From Caecitellus pseudoparvulus (Eukaryota; Protista; Bigyra: Bicosoecida), in assembly GCA_965644315.1 (NCBI GenBank), contig CBFFRQ010000089.1:310001-374000 (forward strand): a stretch of DNA of 64,000 nt, read 5' to 3'. Shown here one piece after another: positions 9,001-18,000 of the stretch; the first letter of the stretch is position 1, and the number at the start of each line of letters is the position of its first letter. The notes under the pieces are model-generated. The model was not told the DNA's origin, ran no database searches, and saw nothing but the letters and a program-made list of their open reading frames with translations. The position numbers were made by a program, and so were the translations under genes.

Positions 9001-11092
9001 CGGAGCCGTCGTCCACGGCAATGCGGACTTCAATGTGCAGTGGGGAGCCGTCTAGAACCTGCATGGCTGCCGCGACAGTCTCATAGTCAGGGTTCGTCAG
9101 CTGCAGAGTAAACAGGGCCTCGCCGCCCTGTACACTTGCAGCATCTAGCTGCAGCGCCAATGGGAAAATGCTGGTGTCCACGCGGCCATTGCTCATGACG
9201 CTTGGGTGGCTCGCGAACACGCGTGTGGCGCCCACTGACGAGGAGTCGCCATCGACGAAATCTGCGTCAGCCACACGAAGCTGCGCAGTGTATGCGCCCG
9301 AGCTGCTCTCATCAACGGACCCATCCAGGAGACTGCCGGCTAGCTGCAACTCGGCAACAGTGATGGGTTGGTTTGCGGGGGGAAGGCCGTACACGACGTG
9401 CACGACACCACTGTCCTGCTCAAACCGAGACAGAATGGACAAGTCGTCGAAGCCGTCCTCGTTCAAGTCGCTGTTGGTGTTGATCTCGAAGCCATTGAAG
9501 GAAGCGTCGGCACTGTGGGATACTTCCATGCCCCGGGATATGTCTGCCGCCAAGTACCCTCCGAGCGCCAGCTCCCCTGACGCGGAGGCTGCCGTGCGCA
9601 GGCCAGCTGCTCCGAACAGGACCGCCACGTAGGATTCGAAATTGTCCTCGAACACCTGGTCTGTGAACGAGGTGCCGTCCTGCGGGCGCAGGCGGCCATT
9701 CAGAAGCGCTGTCTCTGCTCCCGCCGGAGGGGAGGCCCTGGCCATGGTGGCTGCCAAGGCGATGTCCATGGCGCCGTCCGAGTTGATGTCCCCTGCAGCG
9801 GTGAGGGCAAAGCCCAGCCAGGACCGGTCCATGGCATCATCAGGTGTCAAGAACATCCCATTCGACACGTTACTTGCGATGGCCGTGGTGGCTGCGAAGG
9901 ATGCAGGCCAGGCGGGCCGTCCCCACAACACGTACACGCGGCCCTGGCGCGAATCCGCCGCCACGTCGCCGACGAGGATGTCACTCAACCCGTCGCCGTC
10001 CACGTCCCCACCGCCGCACGCTGCCCCAAAGGAAGTCCCCGACATTGATCCGGAAGTCAGGTTGAAAGCCGCGCTGCCGTTCGCGCTGGAGATGGGGATG
10101 GTGCCCTGCCCAATGTACGCAGCAAGTGGTGCGCCGCCCAGCACGACGTACACATTGTCCTGGCCACTGTTGAACACGGCAATGTCGTCCGCCCCATCTC
10201 CATTCACGTCCCCCACGTTCACCAGACTGGCACTTCCGCTCAGCACCTCGTACCGAGCATGTGTAAGGCTGCTCGTCGGCGTCGCGGAACCGCCCATGGC
10301 GGGAAAAGAGCACAGCACGACCAGAGCCGGGGGCACGGTGTCCTCCAGCCCTGCTACACCTGTGCTGCCGTCTGCGCAAAACGACCCTGCGACGGCAGTA
10401 GCGCCGAAATCTGCGCCTGCTTCGCTGCCCGTCACTTGAGCGACGAGGCCAGGCGCATCAAAAACGGACCACAGCTGGTCCTGACCCAAGGTTGGGAACC
10501 CTGCCGTAGAGGAGTCGCCGTGGAAAAACAACAAAGCTCCGCTTGAAGTGAGGCCGGGAGCACCAATGATGAGCTCTGGCGCCGGCGTCGAGTGAGTGTG
10601 CGCCGAGGTGAGGGCGGCTCCGAAGCGCTCATCCGCCCCCGTGCCGCAGAGACGGTGCACATTGCTATCGTCGCCCTCCAAGCGCAGGGCTAGCGGCCCC
10701 ATGGCAACCATGATGCAACCGGCATTTGCGTTGGGGGAGACGTCATGCAGGGGTCTGCCAACCGCCAGGTGAGTGTTGGTGAAGCCAGGCCAGGTTGTCG
10801 AGGCGAGGCCTGCCAGAGGCGATCTCGGAGTCTGCTCATCAACCTCCATGGCCTGGCCATCATCGCTGTCGACACTGTCCAAGTCCACGATCCCAGCGTG
10901 CGCTGACAGGCTGCGCTGCATGACGGCTTGCAGCGTGCGCAGATTGCGTGGCTGAGGGGGGTCCCGTGCGGAAATTGACACACTGCGCCGTGTCGCAACG
11001 TCGACCGACCCCGCCACGGCGTAGCTGGACAGGCCCCAGTGTGCAAGCACGGCCAAGAAAATGCGGCAAAGCGATGCGCGTTGGGATGCCAT
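1..11092 (-). CDS. Giant type I membrane adhesion protein: FG-GAP (integrin-alpha-like) repeats + cadherin-like repeats + ELWxxDGT-like propeller + TM + long cytoplasmic tail; 3' end outside window
   Basis: Hand translation from ATG at 11092 gives MASQRASLCRIFLAVLAHWGLSSYAVAG (signal peptide). It continues with ERFGAAL...ELIIGAPG, GDVNGDGADDIAV, GDVDGDGLSDILVG, GDINSDGAMDIAL and DLNEDGFDDLSI (FG-GAP Ca-binding loops, ~9400-10650). Repeated ENxPxGTxV / DPD / LDFE / DVNDPP / NVNEAP cadherin motifs follow (~3900-9300), then TM GIALICLVVLVLCCCCFY (~2305-2370). The track lists no minus-strand ORF in this register below 11483, consistent with the frame staying open to the window edge. Confidence 0.9.
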   Translation of the reverse strand, partial: MASQRASLCRIFLAVLAHWGLSSYAVAGSVDVATRRSVSISARDPPQPRNLRTLQAVMQRSLSAHAGIVDLDSVDSDDGQAMEVDEQTPRSPLAGLASTTWPGFTNTHLAVGRPLHDVSPNANAGCIMVAMGPLALRLEGDDSNVHRLCGTGADERFGAALTSAHTHSTPAPELIIGAPGLTSSGALLFFHGDSSTAGFPTLGQDQLWSVFDAPGLVAQVTGSEAGADFGATAVAGSFCADGSTGVAGLEDTVPPALVVLCSFPAMGGSATPTSSLTHARYEVLSGSASLVNVGDVNGDGADDIAVFNSGQDNVYVVLGGAPLAAYIGQGTIPISSANGSAAFNLTSGSMSGTSFGAACGGGDVDGDGLSDILVGDVAADSRQGRVYVLWGRPAWPASFAATTAIASNVSNGMFLTPDDAMDRSWLGFALTAAGDINSDGAMDIALAATMARASPPAGAETALLNGRLRPQDGTSFTDQVFEDNFESYVAVLFGAAGLRTAASASGELALGGYLAADISRGMEVSHSADASFNGFEINTNSDLNEDGFDDLSILSRFEQDSGVVHVVYGLPPANQPITVAELQLAGSLLDGSVDESSSGAYTAQLRVADADFVDGDSSSVGATRVFASHPSVMSNGRVDTSIFPLALQLDAASVQGGEALFTLQLTNPDYETVAAAMQVLDGSPLHIEVRIAVDDGSGQFVNVTVDGTTATTFNITLLPVEEQTTSVSFAQLSPNVLEEGSFPSFITRVTVVDPDFVAGASPAPDLILLTALASLADLNEGGGALQPLADNPVNLTVVPHTASEGQADFDVQVGTQISYEALAQTLGMPGTSPRPGISVNITVYGGGGGIGFRLQAPRTLDFTVLDAEEPTSAVVASGGGTFQENTTPDPVVVVAVQDGDFMPGTEADLGGAVLVSTSNAALNEGGLAQGAVNASLLPLSVSAIEVSFGGANFTVSALASLDFEAVARAAGRDTASDRSDVSLDLAIASNSGRAGSPRAGATPASLSFVLQDTNDPVTSMAFMPALPLAITDGQNYSLAVLRVADEDIMTAAAATGMHAPGQVQVTATTDALNEGGVSGAPLNTSLVPFLVTLPESVVHEGQAEYAVAFRSADLASILVAAPGAECQATSGGPLPQCAACAADSSLIECVRDAPAAEVELAVAVDHGNGTWADLLAPFTVMIARRSLPLSPLVLSNPNIDLTEGVQTTGFVVGTVTLSDGDYVAGNTNREAGHFRFFSSLPALNSPGSEVLDSSVLPLQVVFPDANVQAGSASLDIELSASVDFEALAARLQAAGEDSLLEHQPGSRASARVQIVLVVDDSSGSFARNQTLHFNLTVLDDPNEHAGSAVLAPVTVLEERPLNFTATVTDADGNPYSILCHHFNSATGTVQSNGAVPWPELDFAVSSLFRPAPAGTPGILTDGLDFEGIAGARNDPPATVLESYTIHIPLKVTDAYQGPGGCDPVTGDASVEVFDLQLEIVLRNVNEAPTSSTPTLIQVALQENSPLGTEVARFPQANINDPEGDTMVDAAIASQSPPDAAGVPALFNMTQDPTTGDFIMRVASRKPNFERTPFFSVSVVRNVSVWNGEAGQAVGLPDVTVEVTVTDVKKAPVMLPIGYDSGASTTTEQRVESIHFDVLENLPGNTEVGRFFIKDPDADIVPEVSLQGSWAAAFTILPSNSPADVWILRSARPLDHESEPSIDLLVYMEDSTGRSRTGAISIAVQDANEAPSVAGVAAPWSLPEVPAGSPLVPGVYVGTVAVVDPDAGDIVTVTCSTAGFEFQGYDLVTTSALPADLQNFEQGANTATVRVTAADAAGLNHTINVAVHLTDVNDPPQLAFPVSALTLTEAIRGAETRQPVAVQAGGARADVSVLDEDGGMAQLAAPAISVNSSVWGSSLSAQRVSGNTFFVQFTPVVGTPLDFEALAVPAWELSFDVQDILPGGSISASAVRFSHSLSITDEAEAPVFAADPGTLTVAEASPAGTLVGSFALVDPDDVTTTSGMSVTVTPAWAGDFSVSGTPTAWELLTARPLQHANASAGFAVIGTRKVTVQAVDGAGHTATLVLHVSVTDVPAAPYLVGTPALSVLEGAGIGSLVGNVQFADDDGDGVSSVRVLGDYASDFELLQAGGSGSSQAWAMRNLRVFSGSLPALLPLVLRVEDDSASRQVAFVNVTVALVPVNEAPYRVGVSNASAPVLGNVYENAPPGTLALDIETADPNAGEWGLLRLQEPSMAFSISSVSNELWRLTNLIALDAEAATAHVLGVELVDTGSPGAGAVVARFSIIVQVVNVNEGPAFVGLAPFSVLESAPVGTALGSVMAVDPENDTVTLIAAPVVAPFVLQLVSHNSWQLMTTAELDFESTAAYTLTLLGQDNGSPPVAISQAVTVSVLDTAEPAPSASAASSPAVQPVSAASASPTRSPAILASPSASPSLGSTPSPTATPSVTPIAAMVVTTDDQVFQRVTAAVQVGRPEGGGGSTVILGDGSAPLTGREPFLLRADGSSALMADIVTGTASSNPRQFTLLDARTACFTADEASGPSLHCFAPEHGVWEVADLASTSTRRLRSLQAADAATHILAASGDGLYVVADTGNGTELHFVPITGGQAAGLVQVADVVPGAGSSHPTHADVYRSSTGAESVYFAASSGGSSALYVARPGSTTGAWTVAPVSDAVPSYATATDVHGVLVVGSAVLFLFTDGAGTALAVAHDIEAGTSTVLRGALTEASPMGSPRAAVKRAGSEVLFAWRSEALALEDSLWVFDPTAEPVLRMASLTPRPHGGEFSAAWSVQSMAVANGDVFALIASTDDTASSIFTFTADEEWVPLHAVTVSANREVGHRPQRLSSAGQYAIFYTAFHPDTPGARVPFIFDAELAAQAAALVPSPSPSPGSSPPPTAGVVLPPSAEEETPGTLIAGIALICLVVLVLCCCCFYHCGCLDSIRCVREHRAKRNRKFARTLPPSHEDPKSPKGSRATIGAPRPSSRAQSLDQYRASKSGPGRGGKSTPSGQHKQSPRALHRNPIGSGRRQAAVAGMPKRSPSSRSSRSFQVAQGEPATKPAQQQTAKRGTHEGPDPFEGTATSGKGAPSPSTGKPPRAATSGHSSSPVTVVHAVPPQREHSPARQQDIQERSTAPQHHFSSSAAKPAPKPLAKAQPGPIISSARDSRSPPPAPKPKAQDSARTPPPRTHTAASPLLAQQPGTLRHSSRGSALSPPQPLQRRASSPHLPRQRSTPVKVTPSVEEEADMPVLVRFPSSNSIGSSKGRAASPAAQRSASPAQSRQPTAQAPLAGLIKPATKRASHSQQDPDVSRPLAGKSDAQASPAYLPSSTQPQTTGKEPPAPERAGLTPSRRFSQLNQHDLRSSSPGTQPAFVPHAVQAAESTSSSSDDSDVDDMDEWGQPKRRPGTGSLRRSRSSGHLAPAPLSPPRRQVPSPAAATSSKASEADSSRSKAQPQPKPKAQTQPQPQPQPQPQPQPQTQPQPQPQPQTQPQQHRSPLASTGKRASPAPGSVAQRQERAKPSLTPPPARVAPPPLHQAPPPRSSPSEGGGVQDRPPVPQPEQATAAVRRPRRQTPPRPPRLAAVPARKTPPPAQPHQAREAAKDLPPPQQQHDQQPKEKEKQQQKDEEFESVGSPPPRRAAALPASAVRVSLPDTSVAPEPPAREPKHKPQKDSAGKADTSAPHEPAALASPVSTARPKVSSPL
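637..729. repeat. (GGCTGA)n hexanucleotide microsatellite encoding a poly-(Gln-Pro) tract in the cytoplasmic tail of the giant adhesion protein
   Basis: Tandem gaggct/ggctga units are directly visible; the minus coding frame reads QPQPQPQP with occasional QT. Confidence 0.9.
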
Positions 11093-12090
11093 GCTGCTCG
11101 GTTCGTGCCGTCTGGCTGGCCTTGGGCGGGGATCCAAAAGGTGGCAAGGACGCCGGCTGAGGGAGGCGCCCAGTCTGCCTGACACAGAAGGTGGGTCACG
11201 ATTTACCTGCAAAAGGGTGCAGAGAAGCGTTGATGGCGTGCTGGGATGCCTTGGGGGCGCGCTGGGCAGAGTCTGCAGCCTCAGTCAGCGCACGCGGCAA
11301 GTGGCACCGGCGAGGCCGCGTGCAGAAACGCTTGGGCTTGCACAGATACTGTACGCACCCTCCTGCTCCCTTGTGATGGGCGAGGCAGCGAAAGGCCTTC
11401 GAAAACAGGTTCACTGAACGGTTCACAGGCAGCCGTGCTGCGACTCGCGAGCAGAGGGCTCTTCGAGCACGCTGGCGGCCTTTTATGTGTCCTTTCTTGT
11501 GTGTGGTGCAGCCAGCACTGGTGACAAGCCGGGTGTGCGATGGAAACAAGACAAGTACGCTGCAGTCTGCAGCTTCGGGAGAGCATGCGAAAAATATTCC
11601 TGTTCCTCTGCTTTGCAAGTGGTGTCGCACCTGCTGACGGGGGGCGTCGAGTCTCGTGCAAGCGGGAAACATCGCCACCGTCGTAGAAAACTGGCCGCGT
11701 CGCTGACCCCAGCACTCTGCGGGTGACCGGCCAAATTCCAGCGCAAAAAGGTAGCTGAAGATCGAACTTCAAGACATTCAGCCATCCCTCACCTTGCCTG
11801 GTAGAGTGAACACGGAGGCGCCCGCTGTTTGGTGGGAACTGCTGCTCGTCGCAGCGACGCCTGTGTCTGAGCCGGCCGGAACCACTCCATAACAGCGTCT
11901 TTCTGGTGCTGTCTGGGATCCGTAGACAACCTTAACATCAGTATCTATCGTCATTCCGTCGGATCCTCCAGATCCTTCTCTTTGTTGACCCAAGCAGGGG
12001 TCCGTTCAGCAGGCGTTTCGGACGCGTTTCGGCCAACGCCTCACCTGCAGCTTCACTGTGCTGGCCTTGCCGGCCAGTTTCTTGGGCAGA

Positions 12091-15000
12091 ATGTCCAGTG
12101 GTGTGGGTGCTAGTGTGAGCTTGACAGTGGATGGGAGCGGCGCAGCTCTTCCGAGTGCTTCTGGGGACAATCCTCCGAGCGCAGCCAGCCGAGCGCCTGC
12201 GCCGGTCTTGAGGCCACCCTTCATCGACACAAGCCCACCACAGGGTGCACCTGGGTCGCGGCGCATCACTCTGCCCAGCACTGCGCCTGCGTTTCCTCAA
12301 CATACCAAGAGTGACCTTGAGGCGCTGCAAGGCGCTGCAGAGCTTGCAGCCAGTGTCGGGCGGGACGTCAGCCTTGGCCGTCCGGGAGCTAAGCTGCCGT
12401 CGGTGGACCTGAGGTCAGTAGACTTGCGGTCAATGGACTGGACCCGCGAGGACAGCCGTGACATGTCGACGCGGGATTTGTACACACCTACAGCGGCGGG
12501 CTACATCCGGCGTCGCCGGGCGAGCACTGGGCAGTGGAGTGACATGCAGAGCCCGCGCCATGGGAGCACGTCGACGACTGGACCCGACACTGCACCTGCC
12601 AGCTTGTCCCAGGTGGCGAGACGGGTGTCACATGCACTGCGGGCGACCAGGTCGCCTCGTCACGGGTCTTCTCGCAAACCGCGTCGCATGAGCGCCTTTG
12701 ATCGCACGGTGGATGTGCTCGCGGGGGGTGCGCCTAACAGCCAGCTCGTGCAGGAGTACGCGGCCGCGCTGCACCGCAAGCGGCCCCGCCAGCGGTGGTC
12801 CCAGCTGGAATCCGCTGACCCACATGCAGCGCAGGTCATGAGCGGGGTGTATCGAGTGGCGCTGTCAGAAGCCAAGGCGGGGGGTGTCGTCACAGAGGCG
12901 GGGCGGCGCGAACACCGCAGACTGCAGCGGGCGTGCCACCTGCTGCCGCCAGCGCCCAGAAAACATGCGGAGGGGCGTGAACCTGTGCCATACGTGCTGC
13001 AAGGCGACCTGCGGTTTTATTCCGTGCAGTTTCTGCTGCGGAGGCACCGCCTGCGCAGGGCTCCGCGCGTTCGTGCCTGCCTATCACTGTGGTTCGCAGT
13101 GGCTCGCACCTGCACTGAGGACGGCCGAGCAGTGCTGGGCGTGGGGCGGGAAACGTACCTGAGCATCTTTACCACGCTGTGGCCGGTGTTGAACCCGAGC
13201 GGCTCCACTGCAGAGGGCCTTGTGCTTGCGGAATTAGACTGGGAGCGCGACGTGGCCCTGGGCAGGGGACGCGGCCCAACAAGCACGTCCGGCAGCGCCT
13301 CTCCCACCAGACGCCGAGACATCTCCAAGGATTCTGACAGCGGTGTCTCCGGCGTGAGCAACTTGTTCTTGAAGGAGCGCGTGTTCGCTGACACCATGTT
13401 CGAGCTGGCAGACGTGTGGACAGAGACCACTGCGGAGAAGGAGTACTGCCAATTCCTTCTCACCATGCTGCGGCACTGGGTGGACAGCGTGGGCCGAAGC
13501 GAGTTGCCCACGCTGCTGCAGCTGGCCAGCGACACATCGGAGCCAAGCGCAGTCGACGCAGTAGCTGCGCGTGATGTGCTGAGCGGCCTCGGGCAGTGGG
13601 TGTGGGCAGCCGGCCCCCAACCCGGAACACACTGGCGGCACAGCGCGTTGCCAGAAGTCCTAGCGGGGCTGCCTGAGGGCTTGCCCGAGGGTGGCGATGG
13701 CGATGGCCAAGCACTGGATCGAGTCGGGGCGTACGACTCGGACAGCGATGCGCTGCTCAGCACTGACGAGAGTGACAGCGGCGTGAGTTCGGCGGGCTCG
13801 CAGTCCAGTTCAGGCAGCTTTATCCCTGGGTGGGAGGGCGAGGGGGGGGGCGAGGAGGGGCATCTGGCTCACCTGCTGGAGTGGGCTGCTCGCAAGGGTT
13901 ACGCGCACTCCCACTCCTCATTCCTGCACCGCCACCGCAGTGTCAGCCCTGGGACAGTGGTGTCACTGCCCACCCATGCCCCCACCATCGGCCGCGCGAC
14001 GCCGCCTTCCGACGCAAGCGAAGTGGCCCAGCGCAGTGCTTCGCAGCAGGCGGCACGGGGGCGCCCCCACCTGCGCCTGCACCTGGCCGCTGACGACAGC
14101 TCAGACGCTGCCGATGCCTCACGCACGCCGCTGGCAGGCCCCTTCCTGCGGGCTATGGACACCGCCGTCACCCGCCTGCTGCAAGGCAAGGGCGCAGACC
14201 ACGCCGCCAAACACCACCCACACCCTAAGCAACTGGTCACGGCTGGTGGGCAGGCGAGAGGTGTGGGGGCGACAATGGGGGGTGCACCGCACGCTGTGGG
14301 GCAGCTGCTGTTGCCCACGGCCCGAGGGTCGCATCCTGGGCTGCCGTTGGCTGGGTCAGTGGGTGGCAATTACCGTGCGGTGCACGGGCAGTGGGTGGGC
14401 GGCAGCACCTCTGGCAGTGTTCCACACCGTGTTCCGATTTCCACCTCGGGAGGGGATGGATTCAGCAGCGGCGTCCTGGCCGCTTCCCTGCATTCAGCCC
14501 TGACGAGCGGCGTGTGGCAGGTCGCAGGCGTCGACGGCACCGCCCTCGCCACACGGGCGTGGGACGGCGAGTTGTTGCTGGCCATGGCTGAGGTGGAGGC
14601 CCGCAGGCGCGAACGAGCGGCGTGGCAGCGCGCAGTGAGTCAGCGCGTGGTGGCGATTTGGAAGGAAATGGTGCTGCGCACTCGAGCGCGGCGCGCACAC
14701 CGTGCCTTGCTGCGCACATCCTCCAAGGCGCGGCGCAAGGAGCGTGTGCGGCGCAAGTTCATGAAGGCTCTGCAGAGCGTCGCGGCGGAGCTAAAGGATA
14801 CTCACGCCTCACGCCTGATGGGCGTGCTGGACACTTTGCCCAGCGTGGAGACGAGCGCCGCTCAGACAGGCGCTAAGGAGTCTGGTGAAGGGAAGGTGCC
14901 ACCTGCACCGCCCGGCAGGCACGCTGGCCAGCCCCCCCGACACACCCGCAGTCGCACTGCCCCTGCACTGCCGTCTGCGCTGCGCACGTCGCACAGCACC

Positions 15001-18000
15001 ACCCTGCGGAAGGAAGTGTCCTACGCTTCAGACGTGGAGGACGGTGAGGACACCGCGGATGCTGAAGTGCAGCCTGCGTCCGCGTCAGTCGGAACAGAGT
15101 ACGACCCTGAGCACGGCGCGGTGATCCATGGGCCCACTGGGAACATCTTCATTCCGCCGCTTCCCTCGGACACACATGCGCTGTTTGCCGCCTTCCGCGA
15201 CGAAGAAGGGTACAGCCACGAGATGGCACTGTGCGACCACTTGCTGCTGTCCGGCCTCGGCCACCGAGCCATAGCGCAGGCGCCGCCTCCGCCCGCCCGA
15301 ACCACGCCACGAAGCACCTCTGTGAGTGTGGCAGAGGCGCCCATGCCGTCGGCGGGCCACCGCCACACGCCCTCCATGGCCAGTGTGGGTTTGCCAGCTG
15401 TCAGTCTCGCTGTGCACCGCGGAGGCAGCATGCAATTCGACGCGCTGGGGCGCATGTCCTCCCTCTCCAGCGCCTCGTCAGAAGACGGAACACAGCGCCA
15501 CGCGGAACACCCCATGCGCCCTGCCGCCACTCCACAGCCGTCGGAACCAACTGCAGCGTCTGATGCGCAGGCGATGCTGTACGAAGTTGCACTTGCAGTG
15601 GCCAAGCCGGGTGCTGTGGAGGCCTTTCCCAGGCAGCAAAAGCTGCAAGGGGAGGTGGCTCAGGTGCCCAGTCCACCGCCCAGCCGACACCGCTCCCGAG
15701 TCACTTTCAGTGACCGGGCACTGGCAGGTGTTCTGGAGCAGGTGGGCGGGGTAGATGCTGCCGAGCAGCTGCACGCTGTGTCGGGGCTGGAGCAAGCTGC
15801 AGCGGCAAAGGGGGTGAGCAGCATTGTCAACGCCCTGCGAGGCAGCAGCGAGGGGAAGGCGGGTGCAGAGACCGCCACTGCCGCGTTCCTGTCCCGTTTC
15901 ACCGCCATGAAACGCATGGCACAAGACCAGGCTGCCGCCGCGCGCAGCCGCCTCGCGGCAGCCAAGGCCCGCGTCGCAGCGCCAAAGGTTCGCATGTTGC
16001 TGAACGACGACACAGTCATGCGAGCCGCAGCACACCTGCAGTCCAAGGCAGTGCACGGGTTCACCAGTCCGCTGTCGTCCGCTTCAGACAGAGGCAGCCG
16101 GAACGGGCACCATGGCGGCAGCCTGAGCATGGGCGCTGCTGGGTCTAAGTCCCTGCTCAGCACGCCCAGTGCCCTGTCCATGGGGGCAGAGCACGGGGCA
16201 CCACCACCCATGCCGAGCGGGCCCGGCACCATGCGCCCTGTACGTTACGGCGTCGGCGGCCTGGGCTGCACACCCCGTGACTGGGAGTTGCTGGGAGTCA
16301 TGCCGATTCAAATTCCGCACTCTGCCCTGCAGCACGCCGGCCTCGTGCGGGGCGTCGGCTCCAGTCCCTGGGCAGGCAGTGGGGGTGTACACGCGGCAGG
16401 TGTCGTGTTTGCCGAGGCTTTGGCGCTGTGTTCGTCTGCATTTGCGCCGGCAGCACCGGGATCCGCGCTGGGTGGGCTGGTGCAGGCTGGCATGCAGGCG
16501 ACACGTGCGAGGCTTGAGGCAAGCCCTGGCGCGCCGCTGTACGTGGGAGCAGCTTCTGAAGGCTGGGTGTGGGTGGCATGGATGCTGGTGGACCACTTGG
16601 AAGGCGCGCATGTACCCCGTCGCAAAGTGACCACGTCGCAGACTCGACGGGGGTCGCACGCGCCAAGCGCCGCCTCTGCGCCGCCACCCAGCAGCACCCG
16701 AGCCACAGCCCGCACGCCACGCGAGGCAGTCGGGGTGGACGATGAGCCCAGCATGCAGTCGACGGATTTGTCCGCGACGCCGGTCGCGACAGACGACTTG
16801 CAGACCACAAGTTTCTGGCCCCCCACACCGTCCATGCGCCAGCGGTCGTCCTCTGCGACCCCGCGCACTGGCTCGCCCCGCCCCCCCACCAGCCGTGCAG
16901 CCAAGCTGGATGCGTCAGTGGTGGGCACAGTTGACGATCTGGACGCGCTGTCCGAGCGCCGCAGCCGAGTGAACGCCGACGGCACGACATGGAGCAGGGC
17001 TGACGCGGCGGAGGACGCGTCGCGTGAGATTGTTCTGGGTGTGTTCCCGGACCAGCTGACAGCGGCCCTGGCGTTCGACCACGCCGTGCGGGAGCGACGT
17101 GCTCGCCTGGGCATTCCCGCCCCCATTGCTGCATCGCTGCAGGACCAGCTGGGGCGGGATGCGGGAGATGGGCGCAGTGCCGGTGGCGGCGCGGTGGATG
17201 GGCTGAGTGCGTGGGACATCCGGCGCCTGCCGGCACGGTCGCGCCACAACCTGTTCACGAACTTCACCCTGGCGGGCATGTTGCTGAAACCGCCGCCCCA
17301 CCTGCACGCAGAACGGGCGTTTTTCCCGCCGTCGGCCGCACCCCCTCGACTGCACCGGTGGCAGGTGTACACGCACCTAGCACAGCAACGAGCCCTGGCA
17401 GCCGCCACGACCGCAGACGCCGCAGCCAGTGCGGCCCGTAGATTTGGGCTGCAGCACGCACAGTCCACAGCGGCACTGCAGGCTGTGCAGAGTGCCGTGC
17501 AGGCTGGGCAGTTGCATTGCCCCGCAGTGCAAGGCGGCTCAGAGGGGGTGCAGGCATCCATGCAGCGTGCCATGGCAGCTGCAAGTGGCGAAGGCGACTC
17601 GCGTCATGACCACACCGCCAAACACCAGGCGCTGGTGGTGCCCGACTCCATTCCCGTCGGCGCCGGCATCCAATCCCCCCTCCCAGCCCAGCTGACCCAG
17701 CGGGAGGCGGGGTGGGTGGAGGGCGACAACACGCTGCTGCGGTACGGCCTGGCTGCGACGGCGAAAGACGTCGCGGGCATGGACGCTGAAGTGCTGGCCA
17801 CAGCACCACGGCCGGCAGCGAAGGTGGCTGTGGCAGAGGGCCCGCTGCGCGCGTCAGACCTGCTGCACACTCCGCTGCTCATGACGATGATGCGGGCAGA
17901 TCGTGCCCGCAGGCGCAAACGCCTGCATGCGGCACTGCTGAAACGCACGGGCATTCAACTGGTGGAGTCGCCCAGCTTGGAGGAAGAGGAGGGTGGTGCA

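Noticed and set aside
18-10955. Many plus-strand ORFs (for example 40-1233, 1164-2138, 4884-5744, 9642-10439)
   Set aside because: Shadows of the giant minus-strand adhesion gene; most share one register and are Ser/Thr/Ala-rich mirror translations.
11196-12330. Short minus-strand ORFs in the spacer between the two giant genes
   Set aside because: No recognisable motifs and mutually overlapping; treated as non-coding or UTR.
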